DNA of 64,000 nt from positions 896,001 through 960,000 of the forward strand of contig CAWCNY010000003.1 in the NCBI GenBank assembly GCA_963797095.1, written 5' to 3'. The notes below the pieces were generated by a model. It searched no databases, was not told the DNA's origin, and saw only the letters and a list, made by a program, of their open reading frames with translations. Positions 28,796 to 40,261 of this stretch are shown piece after piece. The DNA comes from an uncultured Chloroflexia bacterium. Its GTDB lineage: Bacteria > Chloroflexota > Chloroflexia > QHBQ01 > JADMIH01. Positions within the stretch are counted from its first letter, which is position 1. Each line of letters starts with the position of its first letter. The translations under genes were made by a program, and so were the position numbers.

Positions 28796-29809
28796 ATGAG
28801 CAAGTTTAGCCGCTATTTGCTTAACAAATTCGTCTGGTTCCTTGTCGCATTTGCCCTGGCCCTTATCTTCAATTTTCTGCTGATCCGCCTGATCCCCGGT
28901 AATCCTGTGGATACCATGATGGCCCGGATGAGCGCCGGAGGCTCGGCTGCCGGCCCTCAACAGCAGAAGATCTACATGGATTACATTGCGCAATTCGGGC
29001 TTGACAAACCGCTCTGGGAGCAGTTCTTTGTTTATTTAGGCAATCTCGCGCACGGCGACCTCGGCAAGTCGTTCGCGCAGTATCCAACGCCCGTCACCAC
29101 CCTGATCTCACAGGCCCTCCCGTGGACCATTGCCCTCCAATTGCCTGCCATCCTGATAGGGTGGATTGTAGGCAACGTGCTCGGCGTCCTTACCGCCTAT
29201 CGTAAGGGCGTGCTGGATAAGGTGGGCTTCCCCGTCGCGCTCTTTATCTCCAACATGCCGTTTTATTGCCTCTCTATTTTGCTGCTTTATGTCTTCGCGG
29301 TGGTCTGGCGTCTCCTACCTCCTGTTGGTGGTTACGCCTTCTCGATGAGTCCGAACTGGAGCTGGCAATTTATCGGGAGTGCCGCCCAGCACTACATCCT
29401 GCCCTTCCTGTCGCTTGTACTGGTGTTCATCGGCGGGCAGGCTATCGGTATGCGCTCGATGTCTATTTACGAGTTGGATACCGATTATGTTCGCTATTCG
29501 CGCAGCCTGGGCGTATCGGATAATCGCATCGTCCGCTACATATTCCGCAACGCCATGCTCCCGCAGATTACAGGCCTGGCCCTCTCAATCGGCGGCCTGG
29601 TCAGCGGCGCGCTCATCACCGAAATTGTCTTTTCTTACCCAGGCATCGGCACCCAGCTCTTTTCGTCGATCCGGCAACAGGACTATCCTACTGTACAGGG
29701 GATAACGCTGATAATCATGATCGCGGTCTTAGTGTCGAACTTCGCGGTTGAGATCGCGTACGGCTTTATAGATCCTCGTATTCGCGCTTCGCAAAGCGGC
29801 GACCGCTAG
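28796..29809 (+). CDS. Opp-type ABC permease (OppB/DppB-like)
   Basis: IPGNPV, FGLDKPLWEQF, GDLGKS, ITEIVFSYPGIG, IDPRIR. Confidence 0.93.
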   Translation: MSKFSRYLLNKFVWFLVAFALALIFNFLLIRLIPGNPVDTMMARMSAGGSAAGPQQQKIYMDYIAQFGLDKPLWEQFFVYLGNLAHGDLGKSFAQYPTPVTTLISQALPWTIALQLPAILIGWIVGNVLGVLTAYRKGVLDKVGFPVALFISNMPFYCLSILLLYVFAVVWRLLPPVGGYAFSMSPNWSWQFIGSAAQHYILPFLSLVLVFIGGQAIGMRSMSIYELDTDYVRYSRSLGVSDNRIVRYIFRNAMLPQITGLALSIGGLVSGALITEIVFSYPGIGTQLFSSIRQQDYPTVQGITLIIMIAVLVSNFAVEIAYGFIDPRIRASQSGDR

Positions 29810-29824
29810 CAGAAGGAGGGCACA

Positions 29825-30739
29825 GTGGCAACTATTTCGCAAGCACGAAACGCTGCCGGACCGGGTCCTAATCCGATCCCATTGACCGGAATGAGGCGTA
29901 GCATCGCACGTATCGGTACGGTGCTCAATGGGCGATTCTTGTTCAGCCTGATAGTCATTCTGCTGGTGATCGGTTTTGGCTTCTTGGGGCCGATCGTTTT
30001 CAACAGGCCAAACGCCCTGGTCACGGTCGGCGGTCTCTACGACGCGCCCTCGTCAACGGCCTGGCTTGGCACCGACAACTTTGGTCGCGATGTGTTCACA
30101 CAGTTGATGTACGGCGTGCGTACGTCGCTTACCATAGGGGTTATCGCGGGCGTGGTGGCAATAGCGATCGGGCTGGTGGTCGGCACCATCGCCGGCTATG
30201 TGGGAGGGGTCCTTGAGGAGATCCTGATGGCCTTGACCAACGTGGTGATCACCATCCCCTCCATTGTTATCCTGATCCTCCTGTCGATTGCTATCGGCAC
30301 TCGCTCCATCGAGGTAATGGGCGTGATCATCGGCATCACAAGCTGGCCCTGGACCGCACGCGCCTTGCGCGCACAGGCGAGCAGCCTGCGCAACCGCGAG
30401 CACGTTGATATCGCCCGCCTGTCGGGGGCGGGCACCGCATCGCTCATCTTCTGGGAGATAGTGCCGTTCATGCTTTCGTATGTGGTTATGGCCTTTGTGT
30501 TGCAGCTCAGCAGCGGCATTTTGACCGAGGCAACGCTCAGTATGCTGGGGCTTGGGCCTAGCGGGAGCGTTTCGCTGGGGATCATGTTGCAGTGGGCGCT
30601 GCTCTGGGAATCGGTACGCACGGGGGCGTGGTGGGCATTCGTACCGCCGGCTTTGCTGCTGACGCTGATCGCCTTTTCGCTGTTGCTGCTGCAATCGAGC
30701 ATCGACGAGATATTCAATCCGCGCCTGAGAAAGGTATGA
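29825..30739 (+). CDS. Opp-type ABC permease (OppC/DppC-like)
   Basis: LGTDNFGRDVF, EATLSMLGLG, FNPRLR. Confidence 0.93.
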   Translation: MATISQARNAAGPGPNPIPLTGMRRSIARIGTVLNGRFLFSLIVILLVIGFGFLGPIVFNRPNALVTVGGLYDAPSSTAWLGTDNFGRDVFTQLMYGVRTSLTIGVIAGVVAIAIGLVVGTIAGYVGGVLEEILMALTNVVITIPSIVILILLSIAIGTRSIEVMGVIIGITSWPWTARALRAQASSLRNREHVDIARLSGAGTASLIFWEIVPFMLSYVVMAFVLQLSSGILTEATLSMLGLGPSGSVSLGIMLQWALLWESVRTGAWWAFVPPALLLTLIAFSLLLLQSSIDEIFNPRLRKV

Positions 30740-30746
30740 CGATGGT

Positions 30747-30872
30747 GTCGGTAGTCGGTAGTCGGAGGTCGGAGGTCGGAGGTCGGAGGACGACAACCCA
30801 CAGACAACCAGGAACTTGGAACTTGGAACCAGAAGCTTCCGACTACTGACTACCGACTACTGACTACCGACA
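30747..30872. repeat. Heptamer-built inverted repeat between permease and ATPase genes
   Basis: (GTCGGTA)2(GTCGGAG)4 ... (GGAACTT)2 ... C(C/T)GACTA units complementary to the left arm. Confidence 0.85.
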
Positions 30873-30891
30873 ACTAGAAGGATAAGCCTAG

Positions 30892-31896
30892 ATGAAGATA
30901 AAGAATGTCCGAGCTTATTACGCGGTGGCTCCTGACCCGGATGTCAGGGCAGTAGATGATGTGTCGCTCTCCATTGGCGAGGGGGAGGTGCTCGGCATCG
31001 CGGGGGAGTCGGGGTGCGGCAAATCGACGCTGGCGTCGGTGATCGCGCTGACGGCGCGCCCGCCTCTGTATGTCAAGAGCGGTGAAATGGAGATCGATGG
31101 GGAAATCATTCAATTGACCGATCAGACCAAGGCCCCCGCATACTGGCATGGGATCAAGGTGGCTTTGCTTCCCCAACGCGCTCTCAACTCGCTGAATCCG
31201 ACGGCGCGCGTGCGTGATTTTGTGGTGGATGTGGTGCGCGCCCACGACAACAGCATAAGCCCGAAACAGGCGGTTGAGAGGGCGCGGGAGCGGCTGGAGC
31301 AGCTTTCGCTGCCGCCGAGAGTGCTCGACAGCTATCCCCACCAGTTGAGCGGCGGGATGCGCCAGCGGGTGGTGGCGGTGATTTCCACCCTGCTTGATCC
31401 GAACCTGCTGATCGCGGACGAGCCTACTTCGGCACTGGACGTGTCCTCGCAGAAACAACTGGTGCTGTTGCTGAGGCTGCTTCTGGACCGTGGGTTCATC
31501 AAGCGCGTCGCTTATATCACCCACGACCTGCCGATGTTGAGCAATATCGCCGACAGGATCGCGGTGATGTACGCGGGCAAGCTCGTTGAGATCGGCACCA
31601 CCAAGCAGATGGTCGAAAACCCGCAGCACCCATACACACATGCCTTGATCACGTCCACGTTGGACCCTGAGCCCGAGGTGCGGCACCACAGGCTGGAAGG
31701 GATAGTGGGCGCGCCGCCCGACTTGAGCTTCCCTCCAAGCGGCTGCCGGTTCCACCCGCGATGTCCTCTCGCGATGGACATCTGCTCGGAAGAGGATCCG
31801 CCCATGGTCGGACAGCCCGACCGATTTGCTGTCTGCTGGTGGCTCAAGAAAGAGGCCGGTAGTGGTAATAAGATACTAGAGGAAGCGAATAGATGA
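30892..31896 (+). CDS. Opp-type ABC ATPase (OppD-like)
   Basis: GESGCGKST, YPHQLSGGMRQR, ADEPT, GCRFHPRC. Confidence 0.94.
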   Translation: MKIKNVRAYYAVAPDPDVRAVDDVSLSIGEGEVLGIAGESGCGKSTLASVIALTARPPLYVKSGEMEIDGEIIQLTDQTKAPAYWHGIKVALLPQRALNSLNPTARVRDFVVDVVRAHDNSISPKQAVERARERLEQLSLPPRVLDSYPHQLSGGMRQRVVAVISTLLDPNLLIADEPTSALDVSSQKQLVLLLRLLLDRGFIKRVAYITHDLPMLSNIADRIAVMYAGKLVEIGTTKQMVENPQHPYTHALITSTLDPEPEVRHHRLEGIVGAPPDLSFPPSGCRFHPRCPLAMDICSEEDPPMVGQPDRFAVCWWLKKEAGSGNKILEEANR

Positions 31897-32867
31897 GCGT
31901 ACAACCGACTCCGACGACCAAAGATGGGATCGAGAAGCCAGTAAGCCTGAATGCGAAGCATAACAGCCACAAGGAGGATGCTTCTCAATCCCCGATGCCC
32001 CTGCTCGAGACGGTAGACCTCGTACGTACCTTCGGGCATGGTGACAACCTGGTGCGCGCCTGTTCCGTATCGTTCGGCGTGCAGCCCGGCGAGATCGTTT
32101 CTATTGTGGGCGAGAGCGGCAGCGGCAAAACCACCCTGAGTAGATTGCTGTTGAGACTGCTGGAGCCTACCAGCGGCAAAATCCTGTTCCGCGGCAAGGA
32201 TATAACTCAGCTGCACAGCGGACGCGACCTCAAGAGGTACTGGCAGAAGGTGCAGGCTGTGTTCCAGGATCCCTACGCTGCTTTCAACCAGTTCTACACG
32301 ATACGCCACGTTCTCTCTAACTCTGTGAACGTGTTGGACCGCCGCCCATCCGATAGTGAAAGGGTGGAGATGGTCAAAAACTCGCTTGTAGAAGTGGGGC
32401 TGGATCCGACGGATGTGCTGGACAAGTGGCCGCACCAGCTTTCAGGAGGGCAGGTGCAGCGTGTGATGATCGCGCGGGCCCTGATGGCGGGACCGGAGGT
32501 GCTCGTCGCAGACGAGCCTACCAGCATGCTTGACGCGTCGCTGCGTGTGACGGTGCTCAATCTGCTGATGGATCTTCGCAAGAAGCGCAACATGACCATC
32601 CTGTTCATCACCCACGACCTGGGGCAGGCCTATTATGTAAGCGATAGGATCCTGGTGATGTATCGGGGAGACCTGGTCGAGCAAGGGCCTGTTGAGAAGG
32701 TGCTTGGGGATCCCCAGCATGAGTATACAAAGCGATTGATGAGCGATGTGCCGCTGCTTCACGGGCGAGAGAGCATATTGACGCAAGCAGACGGCGAGGA
32801 GCATAAGGAAAAAGACCACCATCTCATGCGAGTGATGGTATACGATTCCGACGAACGTTTATCCTGA
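31893..32867 (+). CDS. Opp-type ABC ATPase (OppF-like)
   Basis: GESGSGKTT, PHQLSGGQ, ADEPTSMLD. Confidence 0.94.
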   Translation: MSVQPTPTTKDGIEKPVSLNAKHNSHKEDASQSPMPLLETVDLVRTFGHGDNLVRACSVSFGVQPGEIVSIVGESGSGKTTLSRLLLRLLEPTSGKILFRGKDITQLHSGRDLKRYWQKVQAVFQDPYAAFNQFYTIRHVLSNSVNVLDRRPSDSERVEMVKNSLVEVGLDPTDVLDKWPHQLSGGQVQRVMIARALMAGPEVLVADEPTSMLDASLRVTVLNLLMDLRKKRNMTILFITHDLGQAYYVSDRILVMYRGDLVEQGPVEKVLGDPQHEYTKRLMSDVPLLHGRESILTQADGEEHKEKDHHLMRVMVYDSDERLS

Positions 32868-32968
32868 TCAGGTGAATATCTCAGACAAGCAGGGGCGGGT
32901 GTCAAACCCGCCTCTATAGCGGACGCTGCCATAAAGGCGTGTCCAGGAAGCATTGTAGGAGCGCGATT

Positions 32969-35455
<2,487 letters not shown>

Positions 35456-35477
35456 CGAGAAAGAGTAGGAACAAACA

Positions 35478-37757
35478 ATGCCTGATATCCAATCGATAAT
35501 TGAAGGAATGACGCTTGAGGAAAAGGCGGCACTCTGCACGGGGGCCAGCGCCTGGACGACCACGCCTGTAGAGCATGTGGGCGTGCCTGAGATGACGGTA
35601 TCCGACGGGCCGCACGGATTGCGCCGGGTCGCCGATATGCACGCGCTTGTCAGTGAGGCTCTACCGGCCACCTGCTTCCCAACGGCATCGTGCATGGCCT
35701 CCACCTGGGATAAAGACCTGCTGTACAAGGTGGGGGAGGCGCTGGGTGAGGAGTGCATCGCGCTGAAAGTGGATGTGGTGCTTGGTCCCGGCGTCAACAT
35801 GAAGCGCACGCCTCTGTGCGGGCGCAACTTCGAGTACTATTCAGAGGATCCCTACCTTGCGGGCGAGATGGCCGTCAACTTCATCAACGGCGTGCAGAGC
35901 AAGGGGGTCGGCACATCGCTGAAGCACTTCGCCGCCAACAACCAGGAGTTCGAGCGCTTCACCATCAGCGCCGAGGTTGACGAGCGCACCCTGCGCGAGG
36001 TCTACCTGCCCGCGTTCGAGGCCGCCGTCACGAAGGCCAAGCCCTGGACGGTGATGTGCTCCTACAACAAGATCAACGGCACTTACGGCTCCGAGCACCA
36101 CCAGCTCCTTACCGACATCCTGAAGAATGAGTGGGGTTTCGAGGGCTTTGTAGTGTCCGACTGGGGCGCGGTACACGACCGGGTGGCCTCGCTGAAAGGT
36201 GGGTTGGACCTTGAGATGCCGGGTCCCAAGAATCGGCGTGTGCAAGCCGTCATAGACGCTGTGCGCTCAGGCGACCTCGATGAAGCCTTGCTGGATGAAT
36301 CGGTCCGGCGCATCCTCGGCATCGTTTTCAAGGCCGCCAAAACCCGCAAGGGTGGTGAGATCGACGTGGAGGCCCATCACGCTCTCGCCAGGGAAGTGGC
36401 GGCGGCAGGCATGGTGCTGCTCAAAAACAACGGCGTGCTCCCCTTGAAAAATGTGCAGCGCGTCGCCTTGATCGGGCGTGCGGCCAAAGAGCCATATTTC
36501 CAGGGCGGTGGAAGCTCGCACATCAACCCCACGAAGGTGGCTATCCCCTTCGATGAGGTGCAGAAGCTGGCCCCGGAGGCCACCCTCACCTACGCCGATG
36601 GCTATCCCGCCGACGACAGTATGCAGCAGGGGCTGATCGATGAAGCGGTGGGAGCCGCCCGCGCCGCCGAAGTGGCGCTCCTCTTCATCGCCCTGCCGTC
36701 CTACAAGGAGTCGGAGGGCTACGACCGCGTAGACCTCGACCTGACGGGCCAGCAGGTGGCCTTGATCAAGGCGGTCAGCGCAGCCCAGCCCAACACGGTG
36801 GTGATCCTCAACAACGGCTCCGCCATAACTATGAGCGACTGGATCGACGGCCCGGCAGCCGTGCTCGAAGCCTGGATGATGGGACAGGCGGGCGGCGGGG
36901 CGATAGCCGACATCCTCTTTGGGGAAATCAATCCATCGGGCAAGCTGGCCGAGACATTCCCCCTGAAATTGAGCGACACCCCCGCCTACATCAACTATCC
37001 AGGCGAGAATGGCGAAGTGCGCTACGGCGAGGGGATGTTCATCGGCTACCGCTACTACGACGCCAGGGAAGTGCCTGTGCTCTTCCCATTCGGCTATGGC
37101 GGCAGCTACACCACTTTCGCCTACAACTCCCCCACTGTCTCCGCAACTACCTTCAAGGACACAGACGGGCTGACCGTATCGGTCGATGTGACCAACACCG
37201 GGCAGGTGGCGGGGAAAGAGGTCGTGCAGGTGTACGTGCACGACCACAAATCGAAGCTGGTGCGTCCGCAGAAGGAACTAAAGGGCTTCGCCACAGTCGC
37301 GCTCCAGCCGGGCGAAACCAAAACCGTCAATATCCCGCTCAACTTCCGCTCGTTTGCCTGCTGGCACCCACTCCACAAGCAGTGGGTCACGGAGGACGGC
37401 GAGTTCGACATCTTGATCGGCGCTTCCTCCGCCGACATCCGCTTCACCGAGACCGTCACGTTGCAATCGACGATGGAGTTACCTCCTACGCTCAACCGCG
37501 AGTCGACCGTGCGCGACTGGCTGGACGACACGCGGGGCAAGGCGATGGTCGAGCCGATATTCCGCGAGATAGCAGCCCAGTGGGAGAGGATGATCGGCTC
37601 CCTAGACGACGGAGGCAAAGAGGCTAGAGACTCCATGATGGGTATGCTCGACATGCCTCTGCTCAGCATCCTGCATTTCCAGGAAGACAACCTGCCCATG
37701 CCCGCCGACGATATGGTGGAGGCCCTGCTTGTGCAGGTGAGCGCGTCGGGGGAGTAG
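35478..37757 (+). CDS. GH3 beta-glucosidase
   Basis: SDGPHGLR, GRNFEYYSEDP, KHFAAN, VVSDWG, C-terminal Fn3-like EVVQVY...ELKGF. Confidence 0.95.
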   Translation: MPDIQSIIEGMTLEEKAALCTGASAWTTTPVEHVGVPEMTVSDGPHGLRRVADMHALVSEALPATCFPTASCMASTWDKDLLYKVGEALGEECIALKVDVVLGPGVNMKRTPLCGRNFEYYSEDPYLAGEMAVNFINGVQSKGVGTSLKHFAANNQEFERFTISAEVDERTLREVYLPAFEAAVTKAKPWTVMCSYNKINGTYGSEHHQLLTDILKNEWGFEGFVVSDWGAVHDRVASLKGGLDLEMPGPKNRRVQAVIDAVRSGDLDEALLDESVRRILGIVFKAAKTRKGGEIDVEAHHALAREVAAAGMVLLKNNGVLPLKNVQRVALIGRAAKEPYFQGGGSSHINPTKVAIPFDEVQKLAPEATLTYADGYPADDSMQQGLIDEAVGAARAAEVALLFIALPSYKESEGYDRVDLDLTGQQVALIKAVSAAQPNTVVILNNGSAITMSDWIDGPAAVLEAWMMGQAGGGAIADILFGEINPSGKLAETFPLKLSDTPAYINYPGENGEVRYGEGMFIGYRYYDAREVPVLFPFGYGGSYTTFAYNSPTVSATTFKDTDGLTVSVDVTNTGQVAGKEVVQVYVHDHKSKLVRPQKELKGFATVALQPGETKTVNIPLNFRSFACWHPLHKQWVTEDGEFDILIGASSADIRFTETVTLQSTMELPPTLNRESTVRDWLDDTRGKAMVEPIFREIAAQWERMIGSLDDGGKEARDSMMGMLDMPLLSILHFQEDNLPMPADDMVEALLVQVSASGE

Positions 37758-37857
37758 GTTAGAGCACAAAGGTGTAGGAAAGGATACAAAGGGCCGGGCA
37801 CGCATACCCGGCCCCTAAATCGCTACGCTATACGAACCACATCTTGAGGAGAACGCC

Positions 37858-38769
37858 ATGCAAGCAGAACTCAAGCACAAAATAGAGTTCGGCTGGTTCA
37901 TGCCCGCCGGGGCATTGACCGAGGACAGGCAAATACCTGTGGCCGTGCAGGAAGATGGCGAGATCCTGGCGACCGTGGCCGAGTATTTCGATTCTGTGTG
38001 GGTGCCAGACCACTTTTATGCCTTCCGCGCCCCCGCCGACGCCTATATAGAGTGCTGGACCACCATGGCCTGGGTCGCTGCCCGCTACCCCAGCCTGAAG
38101 GTCGGGCCTACCGTGCTCGGCGTCGGCTACCGCAACCCGGCCATGCTTGCGAAGATGGCCTCCACTCTCCAGGCGCTGAGCCACGGGCGATACATCATGG
38201 GCATCGGCGCGGGCTGGCGCGGCCCCGAATACACCGCCTACGGCTATCCTTTCCCGGCCGCTCACGTGCGCATACAGCAGCTTGACGAAGCGGTGCAGAT
38301 CATGCGCCTCATGTGGACCCAGCCCGCCCCCTCATTCCAGGGCAAGCACTTCCAGATCGAAAACGCCTATTGCGAGCCGCGCCCCAACCCCGCTATCCCG
38401 ATCATGATCGGCGGTGGCGGTGAAAAGCTGATGCTGCCGCTGGTAGCGCGACTGGCCGACATGTGGGACCGATACCACGGCGGCTCGCTCGAGGAGATAA
38501 ATCTTGAGGATTACAAACAAAAGCTGGAGATCGTGCAGCGACACGCCTCGGAAGCGGGCCGCGACCCGTCGGAAATAGCGCAGAGCTACACCATCGAGAG
38601 CGGTGAGTTGCCCGGATCAAGCGCGGAGTCGGCCAATTGGGTGAGGCACCTGCAACCGCTGGTCGAACTGGGCGTGCGCCAGTTTATAGTGGGCTTCGGG
38701 GATGTCAGCGACCCTGACCTGGTTAAGCGCTTTGCTGACGAGGTAATAGCGCCAGTACGGCAAGGATAG
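37858..38769 (+). CDS. LLM-class flavin/F420-dependent oxidoreductase
   Basis: DSVWVPDH, YRNPAMLAKMASTL, GIGAGW. Confidence 0.9.
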   Translation: MQAELKHKIEFGWFMPAGALTEDRQIPVAVQEDGEILATVAEYFDSVWVPDHFYAFRAPADAYIECWTTMAWVAARYPSLKVGPTVLGVGYRNPAMLAKMASTLQALSHGRYIMGIGAGWRGPEYTAYGYPFPAAHVRIQQLDEAVQIMRLMWTQPAPSFQGKHFQIENAYCEPRPNPAIPIMIGGGGEKLMLPLVARLADMWDRYHGGSLEEINLEDYKQKLEIVQRHASEAGRDPSEIAQSYTIESGELPGSSAESANWVRHLQPLVELGVRQFIVGFGDVSDPDLVKRFADEVIAPVRQG

Positions 38770-38789
38770 AAGCAGAAGGAGGTAGAGGG

Positions 38790-39761
38790 ATGCGGTATCG
38801 AACTTTTGGCCGCCTGGGCTGGCAGGTGAGCGAGATCGGGTATGGCATGTGGGGCATGGGCGGTTGGAGCGGCGCTGACGACGATGTGTCGCGCCAGTCG
38901 CTGCAAAAGGCGGTGGACCTGGGCTGCAACTTCTACGATACAGCCTGGGGGTATGGAGCTGGGCATAGTGAGGGGCTGCTGGGCGAGATTGTGAAGGCGA
39001 ACCCCGACAAGCGCCTGTACACGGCGACCAAGATCCCTCCCAAGAACTGGCAGTGGCCTTCGCGGCGAGGCGACCCGGTGAGTGAAGCCTTCCCACCCGA
39101 TCACATCCGCGAATATGCAGAGAAGAGCCTCGAAAACCTGGGGTTGCCGAGCGTGGACCTGATCCAGTTCCATGTCTGGGAGGACGCGTGGGCAGACGAC
39201 CCAGGGTGGCAGCGAGCCATAGACGAACTGAAGCGCGAAGGGCTTGTGAAGGGCGTCGGGATCAGCATCAACAGGTGGGAGCCGTGGAACGCTATTCGTA
39301 CAGTCAACACCGGCTTCATCGACAGCGTGCAGGTGATCTACAACATCTTCGACCAGGCCCCGGAGGACGAGCTATTTCCAGCTTGTCGCGCCCAAAACGT
39401 GGCGGTGATCGCCCGCGTGCCCTTTGATGAAGGCACGCTGACCGGTACGCTGACCAGGGAGAGCAAATGGCCCGAGGGCGACTGGCGCAACAGCTACTTT
39501 GTGCCCGAAAACCTGAACTCCAGCGTCGAGCATGCGGATGCGCTGAAGCCTTTGGTGCCCCGGGGCATGACGATGGCGGAGATGGCGTTGCGGTTCATCC
39601 TGTCGGACACCGACGTTAGCACAACCATCCCAGGGATGCGCTCGCCCGCACGAGTTGAGCAGAACTTCAAGGCGGGCGATGAGGGACCGCTGCCGGAGGA
39701 ATTGCGCGCACAGTTGCGCGCCCACCGCTGGGACCGGGAACCGACCGAGTGGTCGCAATAG
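38790..39761 (+). CDS. Aldo/keto reductase
   Basis: VSEIGYGMW, YDTAWGYG, ATK, DLIQFH. Confidence 0.92.
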   Translation: MRYRTFGRLGWQVSEIGYGMWGMGGWSGADDDVSRQSLQKAVDLGCNFYDTAWGYGAGHSEGLLGEIVKANPDKRLYTATKIPPKNWQWPSRRGDPVSEAFPPDHIREYAEKSLENLGLPSVDLIQFHVWEDAWADDPGWQRAIDELKREGLVKGVGISINRWEPWNAIRTVNTGFIDSVQVIYNIFDQAPEDELFPACRAQNVAVIARVPFDEGTLTGTLTRESKWPEGDWRNSYFVPENLNSSVEHADALKPLVPRGMTMAEMALRFILSDTDVSTTIPGMRSPARVEQNFKAGDEGPLPEELRAQLRAHRWDREPTEWSQ

Positions 39762-40261
39762 GGCGCAACAGGAGTTGTGTTGGCTGAATAGCTGAATAGC
39801 GGTGTAGGGCCTTCCCGATTGGGAGCAGTGCGTAGCTCCACTATTTGCGCCCGGGGGTGACGGCGGCTGTTGCCGTTGTGCTCCGGCTCATATTGCCTGG
39901 TGCGTGGCTCGCTGCGGGCGAGGCTGACGCGCCGGATTGCCGAGCCAACATCCGGTAGTGTCGATCCCAGGGCGCCGGCCTATTTGTACAAGGCCATGCA
40001 TACCGGGCACTTTGCCCTGGATTGCAACCGATCTTTTACCTTCTTACACTCAAATATCCACTGTTGAGAGCTACACTTTAGAGTGGAGGAGTACGCCCCG
40101 CGACCGGGCCACTGTGCAACTCCCATAGGAGAGAGCGTCTACACAACAGCCCAATTCATGGCACGATCCTCAGATAAGCGGGGCGTCGCCACTGCCTGAC
40201 AATAGCGATCATGATCGATCATGAGCTTCAGCAGTGCGTACGAAGCAAAAGGAGGAAAGAG